From: an uncultured Actinomycetota bacterium
GTDB taxonomy: Bacteria > Actinomycetota > Actinomycetes > Actinomycetales > Microbacteriaceae
Direction: 5' to 3'
DNA length: 64,000 nt
Assembly: GCA_963791605.1 (NCBI GenBank)
Contig: CAWBTB010000002.1
Location: forward strand, 108,887 to 172,886
Shown: positions 1-9,876 of the stretch, in pieces
Numbering within the stretch: position 1 is the stretch's first letter
Layout: every line of letters begins with the position of its first letter
Program-made: the position numbers and the translations under genes
Notes under the pieces: model-generated
Seen by the model: the letters and a program-made list of their open reading frames with translations, nothing else
Told to the model about the DNA's origin: nothing
Database searches by the model: none

Positions 1-138
<138 letters not shown>

Positions 139-187
139 CCTCGCGGGCCAGCAGGAGCCGCCTGAGAACGGTCGGTAGGATCAGAGC

Positions 188-982
188 GTGTCAGTGACCG
201 AGGTGCGCGGAGGAGGGATCTCACGGCGCTACCTGCACTCGCTGTGGCTGCTGTCCGCGCGCGATCTGCGTGTGCGCTACGCGACCAGCGTGCTCGGCTA
301 CCTGTGGTCCGTGCTGGATCCGCTGGTGATGAGCGCGATCTACTGGTTCGTCTTCACGGTGGTCTTCCACCGCAAGGGCGTCGGCGAGGAACCGTACATC
401 GTGTTCCTGATCGCGGCGCTGCTGCCGTGGGTCTGGTTCAACACCGCGGTGGGGGAGTTCACCCGCGCCTTCAAGAAGGACGCGCGCCTGATCCGCTCGA
501 CGGCGATCCCGCGCTCGATCTGGGTGGTCAGGGTGATCCTGACCAAGGGCATGGAGTTCACGTTCGCGATCCCCGTGCTCGTCCTGTTCGCGGTCTTCGC
601 CGGCGCGAAGCCGAACTGGGGGCTCCTGCTGTTCCCCGTCGCGATGATCTGGCAGGCGGTGCTGCTGGTCGGGCTCGGGCTGCTGATCGCGCCGCTGTGC
701 GTGCTCTGGACGGATCTGGAGCGCACCACCGCGCTGATCCTGCGCGCGCTGTTCTACGTGTCGCCGATCATCTACGGCTTCAAGGATCTGCCGCACGCGT
801 TCCACGTCATCGCCGCGCTGAACCCGCTCTCCGGGATCTTCACGCTGTACCGGGTCGGACTGTTCCCGAGCCAGTGGCAGGCGGAGCCGGTGATCATCGG
901 CGCGATCGTCACGCTCGTCTTCCTCGCCCTCGGGCTGTTCACGTTCCGCTCGCTCGAGCGCGACGTGCTGAAGGAGCTGTGA
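188..982 (+). CDS. ABC-2 polysaccharide export permease (Wzm/RfbA-like)
   Basis: RDLRVRY..S.LGYLWS.LDPL motif, about 6 TM segments, FYVSPIIY and LNP motifs. Confidence 0.9.
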   Translation: MSVTEVRGGGISRRYLHSLWLLSARDLRVRYATSVLGYLWSVLDPLVMSAIYWFVFTVVFHRKGVGEEPYIVFLIAALLPWVWFNTAVGEFTRAFKKDARLIRSTAIPRSIWVVRVILTKGMEFTFAIPVLVLFAVFAGAKPNWGLLLFPVAMIWQAVLLVGLGLLIAPLCVLWTDLERTTALILRALFYVSPIIYGFKDLPHAFHVIAALNPLSGIFTLYRVGLFPSQWQAEPVIIGAIVTLVFLALGLFTFRSLERDVLKEL

Positions 983-1724
983 TGGGGCAGGACCAGGCCG
1001 CGATCGAGGTCGACGGGCTCGGCGTGCGGTTCCGGCTCGGGCGTCGGGGCCGTCGCAGCGTCAAGGACCTGTTCGCGGGCAGCGAAGCGGCGCAACCGGC
1101 CGGACGAGTTCTGGGCGCTGCGCGAACGTGTCGTTCCGGGTGCACCACGGTGAGGCGATCGGCGTCGTCGGGCGCAACGGCCAGGGCAAGTCGACGCTGC
1201 TCAAGCTCGTGGCGGGGGTGATGCTGTCCGATGAGGGACGGGTCAGCGTGCACGGCGGCGTGGCGCCGCTGATCGAGCTCACCGGCGGCTTCGTCGGCGA
1301 TCTGACCGTGCGCGAGAACGTGCGGCTGACGGCGGGACTGCACGGCATGAGCCGGGCGGAGATCGCGGAGCGCTACGACGGGATCATCGACTTCGCCGAG
1401 CTGCGGAAATTCCAGGACACCCCGTACAAGCACCTGTCCAACGGCATGAAGGTGCGCCTCGCGTTCTCGGTCGTCTCGCAGCTCGAGGAGCCGATCCTGC
1501 TGGTCGACGAGGTGCTCGCGGTCGGCGACAAGGCGTTCCGGGACAAGTGCTACCGGCGCATCGACGAGCTGCTGGCGGAAGGGCGCACGCTGTTCTTCGT
1601 CTCGCACAACGAGAAGGATCTGCGCCGGTTCTGCACCCGCGGGCTGTACCTCGACAAGGGCGGCCTCGTGCTCGACGCCTCGATCAGCGAGGTGCTGGAC
1701 CGCTACAACGCCGATCATGCCTAG
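982..1724 (+). CDS. ABC polysaccharide export ATP-binding protein (Wzt-like); apparent frameshift(s) near 1085-1125
   Basis: ATG at 982 overlaps the permease stop (MGQDQAAIEVDGLGVRF); the downstream frame has Walker A GRNGQGKST, LSNGM signature and ILLVDEVLAVGD. Confidence 0.88.
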
Positions 1725-1751
1725 TGAACAGGTCGGGGCGGCCGCGCTAGG

Positions 1752-2850
1752 TGTACTTCCCCGGCAGGTTGTGAACGGCTGGGGTAGGCGAAGACCTCCG
1801 GGCAGGATGTGGGTTACCACACTCACACTCTGACCACGGAGGTCTTCGTGACTCACGCTAACGCGCCCTTGACGCCGGAGGGGCGTCGTCGTCTTGCTGT
1901 TCTCGTCGTCGATCGGGGCTGGAGCTTGCGCCGGGCAGCGGAACGGTTCCAATGCTCACCCGCGACGGCGAAGCGATGGGCTGATCGATACCGGCGAGGG
2001 TGGCCGTTGACAGATCGCAGCTCGAGGCCGCGAACCTCACCGAACCGGTTGCCGCGCAAGGCGGAGCGACGCATCGTGTCGTTGCGATTCACCCGCCGGT
2101 GGGGGCCGCACCGGATCGCGTATCACCTGCACCTCACACGCTCGACGGTCGGGCGGGTCCTGGCCCGGTACGGGATGCCGAAGCTCGCGAACATCGACCA
2201 GGCCACCGGGCTGCCGGTCCGCAAACCCAAGCCGGTGCGTTACGAGGTCGACAGGCCAGGACAGCTCGTGCACGTGGACATCAAGAAGCAAGGTCGGATC
2301 CCTGACGGCGGCGGATGGCGGGCACACGGGCGCGGCTCCGCGCAGGACCGCGCGGCCGGTGTCGTCCGAGACAAAGCCACCCGGGCAGGAGCGGCCGGCT
2401 CACGCGGCTACCGGTATCCTGCACCATGCTGTCGACGACCACTCCAGGGTGGCGTACTCGGAGATCCTCGACGACGAACGCAAGGAGACCGCCGCGGGAT
2501 TCTGGACGCCGCGCGAACGCGTTCTTCGCGAGCCTCGGCGTGACCGTCACCGCGGTGATGACCGACAACGGTGCATGCTACCGATCCCACGCTTTCGCGA
2601 GACGCCCTCGGCGATAACGTCAAGCACAAGTGGACCCGCCCCTACCGGCCGCAGACCAACGGGAAAGTCGAACGCTTCAACCGAACCCTCGCGGCGGAAT
2701 GGGCCTACGCGAGGCCTACTACACCGAGCGAAGCCGAACGCGCCGCGGCTTACGACACCTGGCTGCATCACTACAATCATCATCGACCCCACACCGGCAT
2801 CGACGGCAAAACCCCCTCAGAACGCGTTCACAACGTCACGGGGAAGTACA
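1752..2850 (+). mobile_element. IS481-family insertion sequence (~1.1 kb)
   Basis: 26-bp terminal inverted repeats TGTACTTCCCCGgcagGTTGTGAACG (1752-1777) and the reverse complement of 2825-2850 (23/26 identical); 6-bp target duplication GCTAGG at 1746-1751 and 2851-2856. Confidence 0.95.
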
Positions 2851-2855
2851 GCTAG
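1848..2855 (+). CDS. IS481-family DDE transposase (frameshifted in this sequence)
   Basis: THANAPLTPEGRRRLA N-terminus, PGQLVHVDIKK, AVDDHSRVAYSE, VMTDNG and RPQTNGKVERFNRTL..EWAY spread over three frames. Confidence 0.9.
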
Positions 2856-2871
2856 GCAGTCGTCGCCGCAG

Positions 2872-3447
2872 TCAGACGCCGATCAACTTCCGCATCTGAT
2901 CGATAACGGACGATGCGGCATCCAGGTCCGTCGTCGCGTCAGTGCCGGCCGATAGTGCGACTTGAGTTCGCTGCAGCGCGGAGTCGAGCTGAGATAAGAG
3001 CGTGCTCCAATTCGGGCTGATCTCGGACGGAGCGCCGAGATCAGCCATGCGCTGAAGAGCGCCGCGCATGTTCTCGATGACCTGCGTGCCTGAAGGGTCG
3101 GCGCTGCCTCGGAGCGTCGCAATGCCAGATGTTATGGAGTCGAGTCGAGGGACAACGGCGTCGCGGAACGTCGAGAGATCGGGCGGCGGTGGCGCAGAGG
3201 GGGAGCGCGCCGGATCCGGCGCCGGTGAGGGGGACACCGCCGGGGTGGACGTGGACGTTGGGTGTGACGCACTCGGCGTCGCCGATGGCCGCCGTTCGTC
3301 GGCGCTATGGGGAATGAAGAAGATCACCAGGCCCAGGGTGACGAGGAGCACGAGCCCGACCAGCAGAGCCGTCAGCGCGATTCTCGGGCCGCGCTTCTTC
3401 GTCTCCTCGGGGAAGACCCAGACGGCCTCCGGCTTCTGCTCGCTCAC
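2872..3447 (-). CDS. Membrane-anchored hypothetical protein (one TM, Pro/Ser-rich linker, helical C-terminus)
   Basis: 191 aa ORF abutting the upstream glycosyltransferase stop; hydrophobic segment at about aa 22-45. Confidence 0.7.
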   Translation of the reverse strand: MSEQKPEAVWVFPEETKKRGPRIALTALLVGLVLLVTLGLVIFFIPHSADERRPSATPSASHPTSTSTPAVSPSPAPDPARSPSAPPPPDLSTFRDAVVPRLDSITSGIATLRGSADPSGTQVIENMRGALQRMADLGAPSEISPNWSTLLSQLDSALQRTQVALSAGTDATTDLDAASSVIDQMRKLIGV

Positions 3448-4410
3448 TCAGTCCTCCAGAGCAGGCATCGGACGCCAGCTCTTGTCGCGGCCGATCCGGC
3501 CGCCGTCGCGCAGGCCCCGGAACAGGTTGCTGGTGCCGCGCACGGTGCGCTCCACGAACACCAGCCGGATGAGCTCCTTCGCGAACGTCATCGCGGTGCC
3601 GAGCCCGAACAGGACCGGGTTGTACACGTCGTGCACGCAGTAATACTGCTTGAGATATGCCCGGTTGCGCATGATGTAGTAGCGGTACGCGTTGCTCGAC
3701 GCGTTCATGTGCCGGATGCCCATGTCCCATTGCCGGATCTCGCGGGTGCGGCGCAGCACGAACTCGTCGACGATCACGGCCTGCGTCTTGCGCGACGCGA
3801 GCCAGCCGTACATCTGGTCGTCCCAGTAGATGAAGAACCGCGGATCCGGCAGGCCGATCTGCTTGACGATCGAGCGGTGGATGAACATCCCCTCGAAGCA
3901 GCCGCTGTTCATCGGCTTGAACCCGGTGGCGTCGAAGCCCGCCGGGGCGAACGGGATCGGGATGCCCATGCGCTCGGCGATCCGGTACTGCCAGTAGAAC
4001 GCGCTGCCGTCGTAGTCGTAGCGCCGGCCCTGGATGCTCTTGAACCGCGGCGCCCACGCGCCCATCCGGGCGAGGCCGTCGGGGAGCACCTCGACGTCGT
4101 CGTCCATCATCCAGATCCACTCGGATCCCAGCTCGTACGCGGTGCGCATGCCCTCGCTGAACCCGCCGGATCCGCCTGTGTTGGTCTCCAGACGGCGGTA
4201 CACGAGCTCGGCGCCCAGCTTCTCGCGGTACGAGTCCACGACCTCGGTGGTGTCATCGGAGGAGGCGTTGTCGATCACGACGACGCGCCCCGGCTTCGGA
4301 TCCATCTGCACGATGCTGTCGAGGAGCCCGGTGAGCAGATGCGAGCGGTTGAAGGTGACGACGACGATCGTCGCGCTGGCCGGGTCGAAGTCGACGGCCG
4401 GAACGCTCAC
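3448..4410 (-). CDS. GT2 glycosyltransferase, galactofuranosyltransferase GlfT1-like
   Basis: VVVTFNR, VIDNASSD, NTGGSGGF, WIWMMDDD, FFIYWDD motifs; GTG at 4410 with AGGAG RBS overlaps the upstream stop. Confidence 0.85.
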   Translation of the reverse strand: MSVPAVDFDPASATIVVVTFNRSHLLTGLLDSIVQMDPKPGRVVVIDNASSDDTTEVVDSYREKLGAELVYRRLETNTGGSGGFSEGMRTAYELGSEWIWMMDDDVEVLPDGLARMGAWAPRFKSIQGRRYDYDGSAFYWQYRIAERMGIPIPFAPAGFDATGFKPMNSGCFEGMFIHRSIVKQIGLPDPRFFIYWDDQMYGWLASRKTQAVIVDEFVLRRTREIRQWDMGIRHMNASSNAYRYYIMRNRAYLKQYYCVHDVYNPVLFGLGTAMTFAKELIRLVFVERTVRGTSNLFRGLRDGGRIGRDKSWRPMPALED

Positions 4411-6326
4411 GAATGCTCCTCGAACGTCGTCAGCCATGCCTCTGCGGACACCAGTTCCGGCAGCGCCTCCCGGTATTGCTTTCGGAGCTCGGGCCAGCGT
4501 CGGCGCAGTTCGGTGTGCAGCCGCAGGCTCTCGCGGAGAAGTTCGCGGAACTTCGCCCTGTCGCGGGTGTACACGTTATGTCCGGATCCGTCGGCCGCGC
4601 TCACCAGAACGCTGTCATACAGCGGCACACGCCACCAATTGGCGTCACCTTTGCCGAACTCCACTTCCGGACGCCCGACGTTGCGTGCGTTGGGCTTGTG
4701 GAACCAGTGCGACACGAGCGTCGACGCCGTAAACCAGCGCAGCTTGAGACCTGTCGGGCTGTCGTACACGTGCGTCTTCATCCGTTTGAACACGAGTCGA
4801 CCACGCCACGACCGCATCGGCACGCCGGAGTCCTTGTGGATGACGGTCTCTGGGAAGTCTGCAGCGATCGCGCGAGCCTCGGGCATAGCCGTGGCGAGAT
4901 TTGCACGCATGTGCTGTGGTCCGGAGAGCACGTCGCGCAGGGCCTTCATGCGCAAGGCGGCCGGGTAGTACTGCATCATCATCAGGTGTTTCAGGTCGAC
5001 CCGTCGACTGTGCCGCAGGAGCGTTCCGCCACGATGAGCGTTCGAGTGAATCAGGGCTGCTGCGATCCTATTGCGGACGTGAAAGTATGCCTGCCAGTCG
5101 ATCGAGTCATCTTTGCCCACCCAGGAGACATGCCAAAGAGCCACTCCGGGAAGGGATACGGTCGGGAACCCCGCTTCCCCGGCGCGCAGGCAGAATTCCG
5201 CATCGTCCCATTTGATGAAAGCGGGGAGGGCGAGCCCGACTTTGCGGATCACCTCGACCGGGATCAAACACATCCACCAGCCGTTGTAGTCCGCGTCCAG
5301 GCGCATGTGCAGAAGCGGCTGCTGCCGAAGGTTCACTGCGGAGAAATCGTGAGGCATCTTCTCCTGGAACAGGTTGCGCCACATGAACGAAGACTCGTCT
5401 ACGACCTCCGCCCAGGCGTGCAGCTTGGGACGGTCGAGCAGATCGAACATGTGTGCCCCGACGAGAGTGGGCGTCGTGGCGTAGCGCCCGAACGTGATCG
5501 AACGGCGCAACGACTCCGGTTCGATGCGGACGTCGTCATCCAGGAGCTGGACGAAGTCGCTCTCGGGACGTTGCAAGGTCTCGAACATGGCGCGAGCGAA
5601 GCCGCCTGAACCCCCGAGGTTGGGCTGAGTGATCACCTGCAGCGTCTCGCCGAGACTCTGTGCGATCGCGGGGTACTCCTCGCGGGCGTCCACGCGCTGA
5701 GTCCCCTGGTCGATGAGGAAGATCCGATCGACAAGTTCGAGCGCCTCCGGGGCATCGATGAGCGCCTGGAGTGTTTGCACGCAGTAGTCCGGCTTGTTGT
5801 ACGTAGTGATGCCCAGCGAGGCCTTGCCCGCGCGTACCGGCTCCTGCTCGGTCGTCCACTCGGCGCCCTCGAAGATCGACTCATCGTGGTCGGCGACGAT
5901 GTCGAACCAGATCCATCCGCCATCACTGTACTGATCCAGTTTGATATCGAATGACGAAGAGGCCGTGCCGTCCACCTCTCGGGTCGCGATGCGCTGACGC
6001 GTGCCGCCGCCGTTCGACCGGTATACGAGCACTGTGGCGCGTCCGTCCGTGCGCACAGTGAGGCGGATGTCACGCACAGCGGTCCAGTGCTGCCAATACG
6101 AGGCCGGGAACGCGTTGAAGTATGTCGCGAAGGAGACACGGCGGCCGGACACGATCCGTGCGCGGTTGCGTCCCAGGACATTACCGAGGTGCGCTCGGTT
6201 CGATACACGGACCGGCTCTTCGTCGATGACGGACCACGTCTCGGGGTCGGCGTAGAGCGGAAGGAGGTCGGGGTCGCGCTCGAGGGGGAACACGACGTTC
6301 TGAAGGACGTGGGTCAAGACAGGCAC
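4407..6326 (-). CDS. Galactofuranosyltransferase GlfT2-like (polymerising GT2); start approximate
   Basis: SFATYFNAFPASYWQHWT, QPNLGGSGGFARAM, LLDDDV, DYNGWWMCLIP, FIKWDDAEF, WQAYFHVRN. Confidence 0.88.
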   Translation of the reverse strand: MPVLTHVLQNVVFPLERDPDLLPLYADPETWSVIDEEPVRVSNRAHLGNVLGRNRARIVSGRRVSFATYFNAFPASYWQHWTAVRDIRLTVRTDGRATVLVYRSNGGGTRQRIATREVDGTASSSFDIKLDQYSDGGWIWFDIVADHDESIFEGAEWTTEQEPVRAGKASLGITTYNKPDYCVQTLQALIDAPEALELVDRIFLIDQGTQRVDAREEYPAIAQSLGETLQVITQPNLGGSGGFARAMFETLQRPESDFVQLLDDDVRIEPESLRRSITFGRYATTPTLVGAHMFDLLDRPKLHAWAEVVDESSFMWRNLFQEKMPHDFSAVNLRQQPLLHMRLDADYNGWWMCLIPVEVIRKVGLALPAFIKWDDAEFCLRAGEAGFPTVSLPGVALWHVSWVGKDDSIDWQAYFHVRNRIAAALIHSNAHRGGTLLRHSRRVDLKHLMMMQYYPAALRMKALRDVLSGPQHMRANLATAMPEARAIAADFPETVIHKDSGVPMRSWRGRLVFKRMKTHVYDSPTGLKLRWFTASTLVSHWFHKPNARNVGRPEVEFGKGDANWWRVPLYDSVLVSAADGSGHNVYTRDRAKFRELLRESLRLHTELRRRWPELRKQYREALPELVSAEAWLTTFEEHS

Positions 6327-6424
6327 TCCGATTGGTTGGATATCGACTCGTGACGGGTCATCTTCCAGACTACCGGTCACTCGTTCCTGTTCCGCCGAGA
6401 CGCTCAGCAGCCGCGACGGTCAAC

Positions 6425-7723
6425 TCAGCGGCCGGGCAGAGTCGGCATCGTGTTCGTCTGCGCGGCGTCGATGTTCTCCCGCCACGAGCGCGACTGCCCG
6501 GCGCGGAGCGCGCACAGCACGAGCAGGAACCATCCCGCATCGACGAGGGTGAAGCTCTCGAACAGCGAATCCACCGCGAGCGTCACCAGGACCAGCGGCG
6601 TCCACGCGTACACCACCGAGCGCCGCACGCTGGCGACCAGCCAGGACCGCACCAGCGCCACGCCGCCGAGCAGCGCGAACAGCAGCAGGCCCCCGGCTCC
6701 GACCTGCAGCAGCGTGTCGAAGAACGCGTTCAGGGCGCTCCCGTGGTGATCGCTCGTGAAGTAGTTGATCGAATTGAACGGGTACGCGTCGGCGTCCCAC
6801 AGCCCGAACCACCCCCAGCCCTGCACCGGCCGCTGGCTGGTGTACTGCGACAGCGTGGTCCACAGCTCCACCCGGATGTTGAAGTCGCTGCCGGCGTCCA
6901 GCACCGCGATGATGCGGTGCCGCAGCAGGTACGCCGCGATCAGCCCCGCCACGACGACGCCGCTGATCGACCATTGCAGCGCGGCTCTGCGCCGTGGGGG
7001 CGCCTGGCGCACCATCACCAGCGCGACGCTCGCGACGCCGACCGCGGCCGCGAGCACCAGGACGGTGGGGGAGGCGGAGAAGAGCGCGAGGAAGCCGGCC
7101 ACGGCGATGGAGGGGATCGCGACCACCGCCGACAGGGCCTGCGAGCGCCACTCCACGACGAACGTGATGACGGCGATCACGGCGACGAAGCCGAGCAGGT
7201 TGCGGGTCCCGAACAGCCCCTGGAGCGGGCCGCCGTGGGCGATGTCGCCCTGGATGCCGAGGAAGCGGAACGGCATGTCGAGCAGGATCCCGGACATGAT
7301 CTCGGCGATCAGTGAGGCACTGAGCAGGATCCGCAGCGCGTCGCCGAGCGCGCGCACGGTCTGCAGGGTGTCGCGGATGTGGCCGATGACGACGGCGATC
7401 AGCGCGTAGCCGGCCAGCGCGGACCAGGCGCGCAGCGACGGCGTCAACGCGGTCGACCAGAAGACGCTGGCCAGCGTCCAGGCGAGGAAGGCGAGCAGCG
7501 TGGAGGGTGCGATGCGCAACGGGCTGAGCTCGTCCCTGCGCGCGACCAGGATGCCGGCGCCGACGACGCAGAGCACGGCGATGATGGTGTTCATCGTCGC
7601 CGTGGCGGTGAAGGAGGAGATCGCGAACGATCCGAACACGCTCAGCAGGGCGCACGTCGTGTAGGCGCGCGCCATCTCGACCGACGCCAGCAACCTGGCC
7701 AGACGGCGCCGGTGCGTGGTCAT
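6425..7723 (-). CDS. O-antigen ligase/polymerase (Wzy_C) family membrane protein
   Basis: Polytopic; QGLFGTRNLLG, R.ELW, RPVQGWGW, ALNAFFDTLLQVG. Confidence 0.8.
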   Translation of the reverse strand: MTTHRRRLARLLASVEMARAYTTCALLSVFGSFAISSFTATATMNTIIAVLCVVGAGILVARRDELSPLRIAPSTLLAFLAWTLASVFWSTALTPSLRAWSALAGYALIAVVIGHIRDTLQTVRALGDALRILLSASLIAEIMSGILLDMPFRFLGIQGDIAHGGPLQGLFGTRNLLGFVAVIAVITFVVEWRSQALSAVVAIPSIAVAGFLALFSASPTVLVLAAAVGVASVALVMVRQAPPRRRAALQWSISGVVVAGLIAAYLLRHRIIAVLDAGSDFNIRVELWTTLSQYTSQRPVQGWGWFGLWDADAYPFNSINYFTSDHHGSALNAFFDTLLQVGAGGLLLFALLGGVALVRSWLVASVRRSVVYAWTPLVLVTLAVDSLFESFTLVDAGWFLLVLCALRAGQSRSWRENIDAAQTNTMPTLPGR

Positions 7724-9141
7724 GCGGCCCGCCTGCGTCGCCTCGATCCGCGGGTCTCCGGCGGAGCCCCCTCACCGGGACCCGTGCCGACCAGCGGCGA
7801 GATCTTGATCTTGAACGAGAGCACGATCAGCAGCAGCCAGCCCCACAGCATGATCGGCGTCGACTCCGCGAGCCCCAGCACGAGCATCATCGCGACGAAC
7901 ACGGTGGGCAGCAGCGACAGCGCCGAGAAGGGGCGATCCCGCACGAGGTCCCAGCGCGGCCGGTCCACGGCGAAGAACCAGGCCCGCCAGGCGAAGGCGA
8001 AGAAGGCGACCGCGATCAGCAGTACGCCGATCGTGCCGAGCTGCAGGAACACGTCCAGCCACATGTTGTGCGCCATGAACACCGTGATGCGGTGATCCAG
8101 GATCCAGTTGTGGAACGCCGGATCCCACGGCACCCAGGGCGAGGAGAAGCCGTTGCCGAAGATCGGATGCTGCACGGCCCGCGCCCAGACCTTGCGCCAG
8201 ATCTCGACGCGGCCGGTCAGGTCGGACGACTTGCCGAGAGCGCTGAACACGGCGTCGCGCGCGAGCCACAGCCCGGCCGCGCCCAGCACGGCGATCGCGG
8301 CGAACAGCGCGTACAGCCGGGTGCGCCGCCCCGGGGTCTCGGCCCGCCGCATCAGCAGCGCGGCCAGCAGCACGAGCACCCCGGCGGCGAGAGCGGCGTA
8401 CGACGTCGCCGACCCGGCGCGGAGGAGGAAGTACGCGGCCAGCACGATCCAGATCAGCAGGGCCGGCCGGTGCCGCGCGCGCTCCGCGTAGAGCAGGGCG
8501 AACACCACCAGCGCGAGCGCGCACAGGATCCCGAGGGTGTTCGAGTTGCCGACGATGCCCTGGATCCGCCCGGTGCCGATCAGGTCGCCGCGCACCCAGT
8601 ACCAGTGCGGGTCGATCTTCCCGGGCGGGAATTCGGCGAAGTTCGGCACCAGCGGGTGGCGCAGCACGAGCGCGACCCACGCCTCCAGCAGGAGGGAGAG
8701 TCCGAGGATCCACTTGAACGCGCTGGACAGCGCGCGCACGATCTCCTGCCAGCTCAGCGTGAACGCGACGAACAGGCCCACCGCGGTGATCGACGCCTGC
8801 AGCACCCAGGTGAGCAGCGTGGCCATCGGCCAGCGCGACCAGAACACGGAGAGCAGGGCCAGCACGACATAGATCAGTGCGGCCCAGGGCATCCGGCGCC
8901 ACGGGAACCGGGCGGGACGCGCCAGCGCGATCCGCGGGATCGCGAGGCCGAGCGTGCCGAGCAGCAGCACCGCCAGCACCACGGCCGCACCGTCGACGCC
9001 GAGCAGATTGAACACCGCGGTGTGCGCGAACACGCCGAACAGGAGCAGCACGATGTGCGCGCGCAGCAGCAGATGCCGCGTCGATTCGCGCGCCGGAGCG
9101 CTCGGCACCGGGGCCGTGGAGAGTCGGGAGTGCTGCGCCAT
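7720..9141 (-). CDS. O-antigen ligase/polymerase (Wzy_C) family membrane protein
   Basis: Polytopic; QGIVGNSN, DLTGRVEIW, HPIFGNG, AHNMWLDVFLQLG. Confidence 0.85.
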   Translation of the reverse strand: MAQHSRLSTAPVPSAPARESTRHLLLRAHIVLLLFGVFAHTAVFNLLGVDGAAVVLAVLLLGTLGLAIPRIALARPARFPWRRMPWAALIYVVLALLSVFWSRWPMATLLTWVLQASITAVGLFVAFTLSWQEIVRALSSAFKWILGLSLLLEAWVALVLRHPLVPNFAEFPPGKIDPHWYWVRGDLIGTGRIQGIVGNSNTLGILCALALVVFALLYAERARHRPALLIWIVLAAYFLLRAGSATSYAALAAGVLVLLAALLMRRAETPGRRTRLYALFAAIAVLGAAGLWLARDAVFSALGKSSDLTGRVEIWRKVWARAVQHPIFGNGFSSPWVPWDPAFHNWILDHRITVFMAHNMWLDVFLQLGTIGVLLIAVAFFAFAWRAWFFAVDRPRWDLVRDRPFSALSLLPTVFVAMMLVLGLAESTPIMLWGWLLLIVLSFKIKISPLVGTGPGEGAPPETRGSRRRRRAA

Positions 9142-9266
9142 CGAGGTTCAGGCTACCGCCTGCGGCACGCCCGAACCGGAGCCGACGCGGGCCGTCGCCA
9201 CCGGCTGCGACACGCCGTGGATCCGAAGAACGTTCAATGAGTGCTTGAGGGTTTACCATCTGCGAC

Positions 9267-9295
9267 TTGACCGGAGCGAATGACACGGGTGTAAT
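9267..9295 (+). promoter_or_regulatory. SigA-type whiB promoter with an internal GACAC (WhiA-type) box
   Basis: TTGACC (9267-9272), 17 nt, TGTAAT (9290-9295); GACAC at 9282-9286. Confidence 0.65.
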
Positions 9296-9348
9296 TAGGA
9301 GTGCAACGCGGCCCGCGGGGCACCCGGGGGAAACAGGGAGAGGGCGAA

Positions 9349-9666
9349 ATGACGGCTTACCGATCGGACGTTCCCGACAACTGGTTCGTTGATCCAGTGC
9401 AGTTGGGAGTGCCGGGCGTCCGTCGCCCGACCGAGGACGACGACAATGCGCTCGCCTGGCAGAGCGAAGCGCTGTGCGCGCAGACGGATCCGGAGGCGTT
9501 CTTCCCCGAGAAGGGCGGCTCGACCCGCGACGCCAAGCGCATCTGCACCACCTGCGACGTGCGCGGCGAGTGCCTCGAGTACGCGCTGAACAACGACGAG
9601 CGCTTCGGCATCTGGGGCGGGCTCTCCGAGCGCGAGCGCCGCAAGCTCAAGCGCCGCGCCAGCTGA
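9349..9666 (+). CDS. whiB: WhiB-family Fe-S transcriptional regulator (WhiB/WhiB2 type)
   Basis: ALCAQTDPEAFFPEKGGSTRDAKRICTTCDVRGECLEYAL..DERFGIWGGLSERERR; ATG at 9349 after GGGAGAGG. Confidence 0.95.
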   Translation: MTAYRSDVPDNWFVDPVQLGVPGVRRPTEDDDNALAWQSEALCAQTDPEAFFPEKGGSTRDAKRICTTCDVRGECLEYALNNDERFGIWGGLSERERRKLKRRAS

Positions 9667-9696
9667 CTCGGCGACCGGGCGGCTTGACGGGCGCTG

Positions 9697-9813
9697 CGAC
9701 AGGCTCAGCGACCGGTTCTGCGACAGGCTCAGCGACCGGGCGCTTCGACGGGCTCAGCGACCGGTGCTGCGACGGGCTCAGCGACCGGGCGCTTCGACAG
9801 GCTCAGAGACCGG
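9697..9813 (+). repeat. Five tandem copies of a REP-like unit CGAC(A/G)GGCTCAG(C/A)GACCGG, period 24-25 bp
   Basis: Copies start at 9697, 9721, 9746, 9770 and 9795. Confidence 0.9.
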
Positions 9814-9876
9814 GAATCTCGACGCGCCCGTGCGCAGACGCCGAGCCGCGGGCTGGCCGCTTAGGCTGACCCCGCC

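Noticed and set aside
9697-9813. Possible CRISPR array
   Set aside because: Linkers are only 5-6 bp and not unique spacers, and there are no cas genes; it is a tandem REP-like repeat.
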